Of a DNA stretch of 64,000 nucleotides, positions 50,457 to 60,305 are shown piece after piece; within the stretch, counting starts at the first letter, position 1, and each line of letters opens with the position of its first letter. Below the pieces are notes generated by a model. The model searched no databases. It was not told where the DNA came from and saw only the letters and a program-made list of their open reading frames with translations. This DNA comes from Nostoc sp. DedSLP01 (GTDB lineage: Bacteria > Cyanobacteriota > Cyanobacteriia > Cyanobacteriales > Nostocaceae), in NCBI GenBank assembly GCA_034530875.2, contig JAVRCJ020000027.1, positions 1-64,000 of the forward strand. Direction: 5' to 3'. Made by a program: the position numbers and the translations under genes.

Positions 50457-51647
50457 TCATTTCTCAATCTCCGCCGTAATTTGCAAATTAGTAAACTTAG
50501 CAGCCTTTTTACTCGATGCTGCATCCAAAGCCACATGCACCTCAATGACTCTGGCATCAATATTAGTACTAGGGTCAGTATTAACAATAGTTTGCCGTTT
50601 CACTTGAGAACCAATACGTTCAACTTTTCCCAGCAATTCGCCAGGAATCGAATCGCTAGTAACCCGCACCTTTTGCCCAACTTTCACATCGCTGATGTCA
50701 CTTTGATAAACCTCAGCAACCGCATACATCCGTTGAGTCTGCCCAATTTCCACAATCCCATCATTACCAACCACTTCCCCAGCACGGGTATGAATCTCTA
50801 GAATTTCACTATCAATCGGCGATCGCACTGATGCTCGATCCAGTTCCGCTTGCGCTTGTTTCATCGCTGCAATGGCGCGATCTACTTCTACTTGGTTCTG
50901 TTTCACATCCACCGGTCGCACTTCTGCAATCCGGTCTAGATTTGCTCTAGCTTGACTAAGTTGTGCTGGACTGGTAGATTGAATCCGCTTTAACACAGCT
51001 TTTGCCTCTTGCAAACTCTTCTGGGCAGTTTCTAAAGTTAATCGCCTGCTGTCTAGATCGGCTGCGGAGATAGCACCCACTTGATACAAAGACTGATAGC
51101 GGTTGTATTGCGTCTGTGCATTTGTCAATTCTGATGTTAACCGAGCCACCGTTGCCACTTGAGCATCAATATCTCCTTGCCTTTGTGCTTCTAAACGCTC
51201 AATTTCAGCACGTTGAGCGTTGATTTCTCCGGTTTTAGCTCCCGCTTTAGTAATTGCAAGTTTCGCTTGAGCAACTTTTACATCTTCCTGCGCTTGCTGA
51301 TATGCTGCTAAAAGGCGATCGCGATTATCTAAAATTGCAATCACTTGCCCTGCCTTGATGCGATCGCCTTCCTTAACTAACAATTTTTCGACTCGATTGC
51401 CGTTATTCGCTGTCGGAGCTGACAATTTAATCGTTTCTCCCTGAGGTTCCAATCGCCCCAGTGCTGTTACTGTAGTAATTTGCGGTGAACTAATTGCTGG
51501 GGTGGGATTTTGTACCTGTTGAGATGATGGCGATCGCGAAAGTACATAAGCAGAACTTCCACCGACAATAATCAACGCGCTAGCAGCAATTCCAAACCAT
51601 TGACGAGATTTAGCAGAGGTAGCACTACCTGATAAGTTTTGCAGCAT
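50457..51647 (-). CDS. DevB-family membrane fusion protein
   Basis: VTALGRLEPQG, LLVKEGD, coiled coil, AEVYQSDI, DARV.EV; AAGGAG SD. Confidence 0.93.
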   Translation of the reverse strand: MLQNLSGSATSAKSRQWFGIAASALIIVGGSSAYVLSRSPSSQQVQNPTPAISSPQITTVTALGRLEPQGETIKLSAPTANNGNRVEKLLVKEGDRIKAGQVIAILDNRDRLLAAYQQAQEDVKVAQAKLAITKAGAKTGEINAQRAEIERLEAQRQGDIDAQVATVARLTSELTNAQTQYNRYQSLYQVGAISAADLDSRRLTLETAQKSLQEAKAVLKRIQSTSPAQLSQARANLDRIAEVRPVDVKQNQVEVDRAIAAMKQAQAELDRASVRSPIDSEILEIHTRAGEVVGNDGIVEIGQTQRMYAVAEVYQSDISDVKVGQKVRVTSDSIPGELLGKVERIGSQVKRQTIVNTDPSTNIDARVIEVHVALDAASSKKAAKFTNLQITAEIEK

Positions 51648-51677
51648 AAGCAAGCTCCTTGTTACATCTGACAGCTA

Positions 51678-51738
51678 GACAAAACAGTTTCGTTTCGTTT
51701 GTATAATTACCGTAAACGAAACTGTTTCGTCTTGTCAA
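51678..51738. promoter_or_regulatory. Twin palindromic operators with overlapping divergent promoters (TetR-type)
   Basis: GACAAAACAGTTTCGTTT and AAACGAAACTGTTTCGTC; TATAAT at 51702 (+) and TTGACA at 51738-51733 (-). Confidence 0.75.
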
Positions 51739-51801
51739 GTGTATGCTGGAAATAAGGTGAATCAGGTAATGAGTTCGCTAGTTTGTTTGTAAAATTGAGT
51801 C

Positions 51802-52410
51802 ATGAGCAAATCTAAGAGTGTTGAGCGCGATCTATCTCCAGAAAAAACAGAAATGATTCTGGATGGGGCAATGCAAGAGTTTCTAGAAAACGGCTATGCG
51901 GCTGCCAGAATAGATAAAATTGCGGTAGCGGCAGGTGTTTCTAAGGCAACGATATACAGGCGTTATCCCGACAAGGAAAGCTTGTTCATAGCATTGATGC
52001 AGCAATTAGCTTGCAAAAAAGAGATTTTTAATTCAGAACAACTCCAATCTGCTCAGGGCGATCCAGCTTCTTTTTTGAGATCCTTTGCAAATAAGATGTT
52101 TGACAATGTTGCAGACGATCCGCAAGCTCTGACATTCTTGAGGATTATTATTGGTGAGTCAGGAAGGTTTCCAGGATTAGCACGAGCATTTGTGAAGAAC
52201 ATTGAAAAACCAATGCTGGAATCTCTGACGCAGTACCTAGCTTCTCACCCAGAACTTGAGCTTCCCGATGCGGAAGTTGCAGCGCGAGCCTTTGTTGGGA
52301 CACTCGTTCATTTCGTCATCCTGCGAGACATCATGCAAAGTGGCGATTTAGTACCGATGGAACGCGATCGCCTACTCGATAATTTAGTTAAATTAATTAT
52401 TCATAAGTGA
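51802..52410 (+). CDS. TetR/AcrR family regulator
   Basis: IL.GA...F...GY....D.IA..AGVSKATIY..Y..KE.LF. Confidence 0.95.
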   Translation: MSKSKSVERDLSPEKTEMILDGAMQEFLENGYAAARIDKIAVAAGVSKATIYRRYPDKESLFIALMQQLACKKEIFNSEQLQSAQGDPASFLRSFANKMFDNVADDPQALTFLRIIIGESGRFPGLARAFVKNIEKPMLESLTQYLASHPELELPDAEVAARAFVGTLVHFVILRDIMQSGDLVPMERDRLLDNLVKLIIHK

Positions 52411-52458
52411 GAATTCACGCATTATGTGAATTACACGCTAAAACCCTTGATTTATCGT

Positions 52459-52489
52459 TGTAGAGACGTTGCACCGCAACGTCTCTACA
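52459..52489. repeat. GTAG-type REP-like palindrome
   Basis: TGTAGAGACGTTGC-ACC-GCAACGTCTCTACA; relatives near 60201 and 63775. Confidence 0.8.
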
Positions 52490-52637
52490 GGGCGCACAAT
52501 CCTTGATATTTCGTTCATTTCGATAATTCACATCAGACGTAATTCCTCCCAGGTGCATCTAAAAGTCGGGAAACCCACCCATGCAAGTGGCTCCCCAACC
52601 TACGATTCTGTGCGCCTTCAAAGAGAGCTGGTATTAG

Positions 52638-53519
52638 CTACCCAACTATTACCTCACTGTTACTATCTACATAATCCGTACTTACAGTCACCTTCTGCCA
52701 AGCATCCAAATCCGTTTTGACCCATTCCAGTTTTTCCTGAATCAGGCTCATGGCATCGGTGCCTAATGCCAGTCGCATCGGTGGATGGGGACTTTCCACA
52801 GCTTGAATGATGGCTTGCGCCGCTTTCGCTGGATTGCCAGGTTGTTTACCATCCATCTGTTTGAACCACTGCAATGAAGCACCGCTCACGGTCGCATAGG
52901 CATCAATGGATTGTTCGGTTGTTGCTAGAGAGCGTCCGTTAAAATCTGTGCGAAATGCCCCTGGTTCAATTAAAGTGACCTTAACTCCAAAGGATTCAAC
53001 CTCCTTAGCTAAGGCTTCAGATGTACCTTCCAGAGCAAATTTAGCGCCACAGTAGAGGCTGCTTCCACCAAATCCCGCTAATCCTGCTGTGGATGACATA
53101 TTGACAATGTGACCGCTGCCTTGCTGACGCATCACAGGCAAAACCGTTCGCATCAGACGGAGCGCCCCAAAGAAGTTGGTTTCAAAAAATCGGTGAATAT
53201 CAACATCACTGACTTCTTCGAGTGCGGCAATGAGTCCATGTCCAGCATTGTTGACCAGCACATCAATTCGACCAAATGTAGCGTTCGCTGTATCAACTGC
53301 TGCTTGTATGTCTTGGGATGATGTTACATCCAAACGTACAGCCTTTGCGGTTTCTGGATAGTGTTCAATCAAAGCGCGAAGTTGCTCTGGTTGGCGAGCA
53401 GTAGCTAGCAGGAAGTCGCCCTTCTTCAACACCGCTTCTGCTAGGGCCCGTCCGAACCCTGTTGAACATCCTGTAATCAACCAAACTTTAGGAGCGACGC
53501 GATTTTTATCTGAGTTCAT
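52638..53519 (-). CDS. SDR family oxidoreductase
   Basis: ITGCSTGFG, NNAG, YCGAK (YxxxK), IEPGAFRT. Confidence 0.95.
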   Translation of the reverse strand: MNSDKNRVAPKVWLITGCSTGFGRALAEAVLKKGDFLLATARQPEQLRALIEHYPETAKAVRLDVTSSQDIQAAVDTANATFGRIDVLVNNAGHGLIAALEEVSDVDIHRFFETNFFGALRLMRTVLPVMRQQGSGHIVNMSSTAGLAGFGGSSLYCGAKFALEGTSEALAKEVESFGVKVTLIEPGAFRTDFNGRSLATTEQSIDAYATVSGASLQWFKQMDGKQPGNPAKAAQAIIQAVESPHPPMRLALGTDAMSLIQEKLEWVKTDLDAWQKVTVSTDYVDSNSEVIVG

Positions 53520-53663
53520 TTGTTTTCTCCAATACAAAATGATGAGATGCCAAGATCGGCGCAACTGCAATTGTGTAACTTACTTTCCACATTAAGTAGT
53601 CTGAATAAATATGTCCAATATAATTTTTGTCTTAGACTAAGACTTAAAAGATATTAATTGACA

Positions 53664-54563
53664 ATGGAACTTCGACACTTGCGTTACTTCGTGACTGTAG
53701 CTGAGGAACTTCATTTTGGTCGCGCCGCGCAACGACTACAAATCGCTCAACCGCCACTCAGTCAACAAATCCGTCAACTCGAACAAGAACTCGGTGTCGA
53801 GTTGCTGTATCGGACAAAGCGAACAGTCCGACTTACTGAAGCTGGACTTGCCTTCTTAGAGCAGGCACGACAAATTCTAGTGCAATCTGAGCAAGCGATT
53901 GAGGTAGCCCAACGCGCTTTTCGAGGTGAAGTGGGTCGTTTAGCGATTGGATTTGTTGGATCTGCCACGTATAGCTTGCTGCCTGCTGCCGTGCGCTCGT
54001 TTCGCCATCAGTTTCCTGATGTCCGTTTGATGCTGCATGAAATGACCACGACCGAGCAAATTGAAGCACTGTATGACAATCGCATTCAGCTTGGCTTTAT
54101 TCGTCCGCCGATAAACGATGACGAACTCACCGTGGAAACGGTTTTAGAAGAATCGTTTGTCGCTGTATTGCCACAAGCACACCCGCTTGCGACTCAAACA
54201 CAACTGTCATTAGCATCACTCGCCCAGGATTCTTTCATTTTATCTCCACGTCATCTGGGAAGCGGCTTTTACGACCAAATTATCCGTTTGTGTCAACAAG
54301 CAGGATTTATTCCCCAAGTAACTCAGGAAGCAATTCAGATGCAAACTATTGTCAGCTTAGTAGCAGCGGAATTAGGAGTTGCGCTTGTCCCAGCCTCACT
54401 CCAGAATTTGCAACGAGTAGGGGTCGTCTACAAACCACTCGAAGACCAAACGCTCTATGTCAAGTTGGCAATTGTTTGGCGAGGTGCAAACACCTCGCCC
54501 GTACTACAGCAATTTCTAGCGCGAACCAGAGCCGTTACACAATATAGTGCAGCGTTTCATTAA
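53664..54563 (+). CDS. LysR family regulator, divergent from the SDR
   Basis: MELRHLRYFVTVAEELHFGRAA.RL.IAQPPLSQQI. Confidence 0.96.
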   Translation: MELRHLRYFVTVAEELHFGRAAQRLQIAQPPLSQQIRQLEQELGVELLYRTKRTVRLTEAGLAFLEQARQILVQSEQAIEVAQRAFRGEVGRLAIGFVGSATYSLLPAAVRSFRHQFPDVRLMLHEMTTTEQIEALYDNRIQLGFIRPPINDDELTVETVLEESFVAVLPQAHPLATQTQLSLASLAQDSFILSPRHLGSGFYDQIIRLCQQAGFIPQVTQEAIQMQTIVSLVAAELGVALVPASLQNLQRVGVVYKPLEDQTLYVKLAIVWRGANTSPVLQQFLARTRAVTQYSAAFH

Positions 54564-54620
54564 GCAATGCTGTTGAGGCTTATCGAAACGCTTGTACTCC
54601 CCGAACTCATAAATGCGCCC

Positions 54621-56999
54621 CTAAGATACTATTCCCGAGTTCTGAATTCTTTCAACTTGCTTTGGAGCTTTTATTTCAGTAAATAACTGAATTGCTTGAT
54701 GAAAATTACTTTGACTCTTATCAGATTTTGCCATTTTTTGATAAGTTAAACCAAATTGAAAATAAGCTTCAGCTAAGTCACATTTAGCACCGATTTTTTC
54801 CAAAAGTTCGATTGCCTCTGTATGATTAGCAAAAGCTAATTCAAAATTTTCTTGGTATCTATGGATTTCTGCTAAACCATTGAGTGTTTTAGCTTTAACT
54901 TGCATATAGTGGCTTTCTTCTGCAAAAGTTAAAGCTTGGCTGAACATCTGATTTGCTTTATCAAATTCTCCTAAATTGACGTAGGTTTGACCCAAAATTT
55001 GGATAAAATAAGCAAATCTACCAGTTTGTTCTATTAGTTTTGGGTTGGTAATATTTTGATAAGCTACATCTGCCAATTGATAAGAAGCATCGCGTAAACC
55101 TAAATAAGAATATACTAAAGCTAAACACACCGAGGCTTTTTCTGCCCAACTGTGATGCTTAGTATTTTGGGCTAGGTAAATTACTTGTTGAAATAACTTT
55201 GCGGCTGCTTCTAGTTCCCACAAATCTATTTGATAAAGACCAATACTTAATAAAGAATCTACCTCAAGCATCCTCAGATAATAAACTGTATGCTTATTTT
55301 CTGGTTGAGGTACAAGTGATTTGAGTGCTTGGGTTGCTAAATTAATAGTTTTTTCTTGACAGGCGATCGCTTGACTAATTTTACCTGTTATCCAATAGAA
55401 ATCGCCCAATATATTGTAAAGTTCGCTGAGATTTTGATGATTATCCAGATTATTAACAACTCGATTAATTGCCGTAAGTATCGGTTGAATTAAACCCATC
55501 CGATACAATGTACTTCCAAGAGGTAAAAACTGCTGCCATTGATTATTTCGGCTTTTGAGAATAACTTGACCTGCTAATTCTAATTCCTGAATTTCGATAT
55601 AGTGATAATATGCTTCTAAAGCTTGCAAAGCATCTTTAAAAGTTTCAATTTTTTTAACACTATCTGTCCAAAATTCAGCGGCTTTGTGGTTGGCAATTTC
55701 CCATTCCTCACTGGGTCGTAAACGAGCGATCGCTTCTGCCCGAATCACTGGATGCAGGCAATATTTACCTTGATCGCACTCTATCAAAGACCGATTTCTT
55801 AAGGAAGTAATAATTTGGCGATGTTGTTCGGATGGAACATCCCACAGCAAACAAAATAAACCTTGAGATGGGATACTTGGTATATCTTGATAGCGATAAC
55901 AACCCAAACGGCAAAGCAAGCGATAGGCTTGGGGGTCGAGATTTTGTAAGCGATTAATTTGACTAACTGCTAAATTTTTTAAATCGGTTGCTGCTAGAGG
56001 ATCGGCCTGATTTTCTTGCCAATAAACAGCCATATCGCCATCAAAATCTTCTTGAATGGAACCACAGAGAATTCCCATTGCTTTAGCATTACCGTTATAT
56101 GTGCGATGCATAATTTCTAAAGTTGGCGAATCTATGGCTAATCCTCGGTTGCTAAAAAACTGTTGCCATGCACTTTTATCCAAACCAGGAAGCCGATAAT
56201 GATTCACATTTAGCCCAGGTTCGCAAAGGCGATCGCGGCTAGTAATTAGAGTCACAGATTGCACCCTAGCATCAGCTAAAATCCGTAATAGCTCTACATA
56301 GTTGCGGTGAGAAGCAATCAACCCACCTTTTCCATCTAATGCAGGTTCGAGATTGTCAATTAACACCCCAATGCGCCGATTGTGGAGTTGGCGCTTGAGT
56401 CGTGCCAAAGTTACCCCAAATTCTACCCCAGGTTCTTCATTAAAATCTTGTTTGAGCCATTCCTCTACAACTCGTTCGGCGGGAGTGATATTTTGCGTTT
56501 CCTTGGCCATCAGCAGTTCCAAAACCAACTCAAAATTCTGAGTTTGGAGATATTGCTGCGCCAGAGTAGTTTTGCCCAAACCGCCTTCACCTTGGATAAC
56601 AATGACTTTCGAGCCTTGATTTACCAAAGTATTCAAGTGAGCGATCGCTTCTGTTCGTCCAATAAAATTGCTATCCTCTAATTTTGGGGCGGCGTGTGGC
56701 GTTCTGGAGTAATCAATCAGACTGGATATCGTATTACTTTTTCTCAGAACCCGTTCCAAAGTAGCGCGACAATTACTTTTAGTAATCTTCTGGCGCAGTA
56801 CCTTAGAAAGTAACTTCCACAACTGAGAACCAGCATCCTTAGCATGTCCTTCCGTACAACCGTAAGAACGAGCAATATCCAAGTATTTCCTACCCAACCA
56901 AACTTGCCCAAGAATGACTTTTTGCAAATCGCTCAACCGTTCCCCGGTTTGAGCAGGAACTATGGTGTCTAACCATGCTAATGCTGCTTGGGCGTCCAT
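54621..56999 (-). CDS. N-terminal HTH + NB-ARC/STAND NTPase + TPR protein
   Basis: LSDLQ..IL..W.G..Y..IA...G..EG..KD.GS.LW..LS HTH; GEGGLGKTT Walker A; LIDNLE Walker B; ITSR; LHP; C-terminal TPRs. Confidence 0.9.
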   Translation of the reverse strand: MDAQAALAWLDTIVPAQTGERLSDLQKVILGQVWLGRKYLDIARSYGCTEGHAKDAGSQLWKLLSKVLRQKITKSNCRATLERVLRKSNTISSLIDYSRTPHAAPKLEDSNFIGRTEAIAHLNTLVNQGSKVIVIQGEGGLGKTTLAQQYLQTQNFELVLELLMAKETQNITPAERVVEEWLKQDFNEEPGVEFGVTLARLKRQLHNRRIGVLIDNLEPALDGKGGLIASHRNYVELLRILADARVQSVTLITSRDRLCEPGLNVNHYRLPGLDKSAWQQFFSNRGLAIDSPTLEIMHRTYNGNAKAMGILCGSIQEDFDGDMAVYWQENQADPLAATDLKNLAVSQINRLQNLDPQAYRLLCRLGCYRYQDIPSIPSQGLFCLLWDVPSEQHRQIITSLRNRSLIECDQGKYCLHPVIRAEAIARLRPSEEWEIANHKAAEFWTDSVKKIETFKDALQALEAYYHYIEIQELELAGQVILKSRNNQWQQFLPLGSTLYRMGLIQPILTAINRVVNNLDNHQNLSELYNILGDFYWITGKISQAIACQEKTINLATQALKSLVPQPENKHTVYYLRMLEVDSLLSIGLYQIDLWELEAAAKLFQQVIYLAQNTKHHSWAEKASVCLALVYSYLGLRDASYQLADVAYQNITNPKLIEQTGRFAYFIQILGQTYVNLGEFDKANQMFSQALTFAEESHYMQVKAKTLNGLAEIHRYQENFELAFANHTEAIELLEKIGAKCDLAEAYFQFGLTYQKMAKSDKSQSNFHQAIQLFTEIKAPKQVERIQNSGIVS

Positions 57000-57198
57000 T
57001 TGTAACAACTAGGATAGTTCAGACTTTATTGACAACTATAAATCACTCTACAGTTATGCTTGTCAAATTTTCGGATAAGATTTTGTAAATCCGACTTTTT
57101 TCCCGACTTTTCCGGCCTTGGCTCAAAAACGAAACTGTAAAAGCCTTGTGTTCTAATAAAATAAGACTTATTAGGTCATTCCAGCACCATCATTACTT

Positions 57199-57882
57199 AT
57201 GGTGAAATCCGACCCCCGCCAATCTTTGCCTAGCAGTGCTGAACTTCCTTGTTCAGACGACACGCCTGTGGATAACGAAGACCAGAATTTTATTCCCAAT
57301 CTACTTTTGTTCTTGCTGCAATATATTTGGGCAGACCGTAATGATTGGTTTTTTAGTGTTGATATGGGTGTTTACCATACCACAGGTGTCAGCCCACTTG
57401 TGCCAATTGTTCCAGACGGATTTTTGAGCTTGGGTGTAGAACGGCGCAAAGCAGGTAAATCGCGTAAAAGTTATGTTCTTTGGGAAGAAAACGAAATTCC
57501 ACCCATTCTTGCTTTAGAAATTGTCTCCTTAACTCCGGGTGGAGAATATGACAAGAAATTAGATATTTATGCCAAATTAGGGGTACTGTACTACATTATT
57601 TATAATCCAGAGTATTGGCAAAGAGACCGTCACCAACCTTTTGAAGTTTATCGCTTAGTAGATGGTAGCTATCAATTGCAAATTGGCGAACCTTTTTGGA
57701 TGCCAGAAATTGGTTTAGGAATTGGTAGAGGGCAATACATATCTGGTAATATCCCGCGTCAGGTTTTGTATTGGTATGACCGACAAGGGAAGCGCTATCA
57801 AACTCCAGAAGAACAGTTAGAATTAGCACAGAAACAACTTGAGCGTTATCGTCAGCAATTTGGGGATTTACCAGAAGGTTGA
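57199..57882 (+). CDS. Uma2 family endonuclease
   Basis: LP.SDDTPVDNE.Q, VPD.F, LEIVS, K..IYA.LGV.YY. Confidence 0.93.
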   Translation: MVKSDPRQSLPSSAELPCSDDTPVDNEDQNFIPNLLLFLLQYIWADRNDWFFSVDMGVYHTTGVSPLVPIVPDGFLSLGVERRKAGKSRKSYVLWEENEIPPILALEIVSLTPGGEYDKKLDIYAKLGVLYYIIYNPEYWQRDRHQPFEVYRLVDGSYQLQIGEPFWMPEIGLGIGRGQYISGNIPRQVLYWYDRQGKRYQTPEEQLELAQKQLERYRQQFGDLPEG

Positions 57883-57888
57883 TTGAAA

Positions 57889-58173
57889 ATGCTGTACGTG
57901 GAAGAAATTTTTTGTCTGGGGAATAAAAAGTATCAAATACTCATTGGTGAGAGTGGAATTAGGTACTGGGCAAGCCTAGCCTATGAACAAATTATCACAA
58001 GAAAAAAGAAAGGCAAACCCAGGAAGTTATTAGAGTGGTCATGTATTGTAGAACTGAAGCAGGGTTCTGAGCTATTCGATACTCTTGTCCCAGATGGAGG
58101 GCTTTGGGCACCGTTGATAACCTATTTAAAAGAAATTGCTCGACAACATTCAGAAGACAATCTTCCAAGTTAA
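57889..58173 (+). CDS. Hypothetical protein
   Basis: ORF immediately after Uma2; no recognisable motif. Confidence 0.5.
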   Translation: MLYVEEIFCLGNKKYQILIGESGIRYWASLAYEQIITRKKKGKPRKLLEWSCIVELKQGSELFDTLVPDGGLWAPLITYLKEIARQHSEDNLPS

Positions 58174-58214
58174 AAGAAGTAATTCATCAACTTGAATAAG
58201 ATTGCTACATAGTA

Positions 58215-58295
58215 CTACTTTTTCCTTGACGCTTCCAACTCCATCACATAAAACTGCCGACTTCAGCCGACTGACAAAAGCAAGTGCGATCGCTT
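58215..58295 (+). repeat. About 80-bp direct duplicate of the promoter at 59129-59209
   Basis: TGCCGACTTCAGCCGACTGACAAAA..AAGTGCGATCGCTT shared almost exactly; upstream 40 bp align more loosely. Confidence 0.88.
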
Positions 58296-58348
58296 TGTTT
58301 TGTACGGTGTGTTATGCTGCTCTGTTACACACCCTACCAGATTGGAAC

Positions 58349-58762
58349 TTATTCAGTTACATCACAAACTAACCTTTTAAATAAAGACAGAGAAATAATA
58401 GTTGTGTTTAACAAAGTTTGTGCTTCATTAAAATCAGCATCACCCGTAATAAAAAAATCTGCTTCTGCTGCAATAGCACAAGCTAAAAACTTTGCATCTT
58501 TCCTATCTCTGGGAAAATCAACCTCCACATCCACATCAATTAATGTTGTTACTGAATCAATTAAATAAATCCATCTTTCGTATTGTGCCTCAGTTAACTT
58601 TAAACGAGGGCGCTTTAAAACTTCTTTATATTCTGCTATAATTTCAGCCGATACAATCCACTCAAAAGCAGAATTAGCAATTACAAATAAAATTACTGCC
58701 TCTGGATTTTTATCAGCTATAGCAGCAGATACTACAATATTAGTATCAATAATAACTTTCAT
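58349..58762 (-). CDS. PIN-domain toxin
   Basis: MKVIIDTNIVVSA, E, RD.KD.KFL.CA....ADF.ITGD.D. Confidence 0.92.
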   Translation of the reverse strand: MKVIIDTNIVVSAAIADKNPEAVILFVIANSAFEWIVSAEIIAEYKEVLKRPRLKLTEAQYERWIYLIDSVTTLIDVDVEVDFPRDRKDAKFLACAIAAEADFFITGDADFNEAQTLLNTTIISLSLFKRLVCDVTE

Positions 58763-58998
58763 TCTCCCAGCCTATAAGCTTCAATTTCTGCTGCTATTTC
58801 TTCATCAGTCAAGGGATTATCTGCGTGTATCGCTTGTATTTCTTTAAATAACTTTTTTACTTCTTCTGCTAAAGTAACCTTTTGATTATCCTCAGTTAAA
58901 ATAATCACCTTAACTCTCTGTCCTGCTTCAAATGGTAAATTAGATAATACTAGCTGCTTGGGATCTGCAATAGTGATATATGTTTTATAAGAGTTCAT
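58759..58998 (-). CDS. Putative antitoxin
   Basis: 79 aa, upstream of and overlapping the PIN gene by 4 nt; LTDEEIAAEIEAYR tail. Confidence 0.8.
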   Translation of the reverse strand: MNSYKTYITIADPKQLVLSNLPFEAGQRVKVIILTEDNQKVTLAEEVKKLFKEIQAIHADNPLTDEEIAAEIEAYRLGE

Positions 58999-59127
58999 AA
59001 TTTATGCTGTTACTCAAATTTTATCTACCATTGTTCTAACAATTTCGCCACATTCTGTGCAATTCTCTCTTCTTACTTTGGAAACTCATCCTATAAGGCT
59101 AAGATTTTAAACCCAAATTTTCCATAA

Positions 59128-59214
59128 CCAACTTTTTCCCCGACTTTTCCAACTTAATTATATAAAATTGCCGACTTCAGCCGACTGACAAAACAAAGTG
59201 CGATCGCTTAGGCT
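59128..59214 (+). promoter_or_regulatory. Promoter with five CC(G/A)AC boxes, CTGACA-N18-TAGGCT
   Basis: Boxes at 59128, 59140, 59149, 59171, 59181; last one overlaps the -35-like hexamer. Confidence 0.55.
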
Positions 59215-59250
59215 ATTGGGCAAAGAGATAAAAAGCAAAGTATAAAAATT

Positions 59251-60189
59251 ATGCTTAACGCCCTCAGCCCAGTTGCAGAAGACTCAGCACCTCAAAGTTA
59301 TCCCAGTCCTGACTATTTCCAAACACAGCAGTGCATTCGTTCTCTTGTAGACAGATATGTTGCAGCCGAAAAACTACACGAACGTTTGCAAGATTTACCG
59401 ATACAGTTTCAAAATCCCCAACCGCGTCCTTGGAAACTCATCGACTGGCAAACAATAAATCGCAATCAAATTATCGGCATAGAACCAGAAGTATTCTTAT
59501 CGATATTGATAGGTGCAATGGATACAGAAGCACCAATTCGCGGCTACACCCAAACCAGTCGCCAATATTTGGAAAAATTGCATCCTCAGATGGCGCGGTT
59601 TGTTGGTGGAACAGTCGGCGAAGACAACAACCTCACAGAACTTGGTTTGTGGGAAAAAGAAGAACGCCAGCATACCCCTGCATTAATTAAGGTTTACACC
59701 CAACTAACAGGCGAGAAAATTACCGCAAAACATCGCACAGTTCGAGGCTATCTCCCCACAGATGACCCTCACGAGGATTTATATCGCCACGGCTTACACC
59801 GCATTGCTACAGAATACGGTGCAACCTGCCTTTACCTTTGGCTAATGGCTCATACCACAGGCGCACTCTACGACGTACTCGAAGAACTAGCACAAGACGA
59901 AATCAACCACATGACCAAATTCTGGGGCTTTGGAGTCTGGGCTTTTCCCGATACAGGGTTAATCAGAATTGGACGCACCCTCATAAAAACGCGGTCGCAA
60001 AACTATCAGCGCAACAACCTCATACGCACCCTCCGCCGGATGATGGCTACCCTCAACTGGAACGCCTGGTCATTAGCCAACAAAACCACCCTCCTTTTCA
60101 CCTTCACCCACACAATGCATCGCTTGTGGACTTGGAACAACACCCTCACACCAAAATACCTACAAACTTTATTTGAAACTCCTCAATAA
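59251..60189 (+). CDS. Ferritin-like diiron protein
   Basis: E (DTEAP), EERQH, E (ATEYG), DEINH: paired ExxH ligand pattern. Confidence 0.85.
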   Translation: MLNALSPVAEDSAPQSYPSPDYFQTQQCIRSLVDRYVAAEKLHERLQDLPIQFQNPQPRPWKLIDWQTINRNQIIGIEPEVFLSILIGAMDTEAPIRGYTQTSRQYLEKLHPQMARFVGGTVGEDNNLTELGLWEKEERQHTPALIKVYTQLTGEKITAKHRTVRGYLPTDDPHEDLYRHGLHRIATEYGATCLYLWLMAHTTGALYDVLEELAQDEINHMTKFWGFGVWAFPDTGLIRIGRTLIKTRSQNYQRNNLIRTLRRMMATLNWNAWSLANKTTLLFTFTHTMHRLWTWNNTLTPKYLQTLFETPQ

Positions 60190-60305
60190 ACCAATCGTTC
60201 AGACGCGATGAATCGCGTCTCTACATGAAACCACCTCTTCTTCTCTCTCTGCGTCTTTGCGTCTCTGCGTGAACTTTTTATCATTTCCCTCAACCCCAAA
60301 AACCC

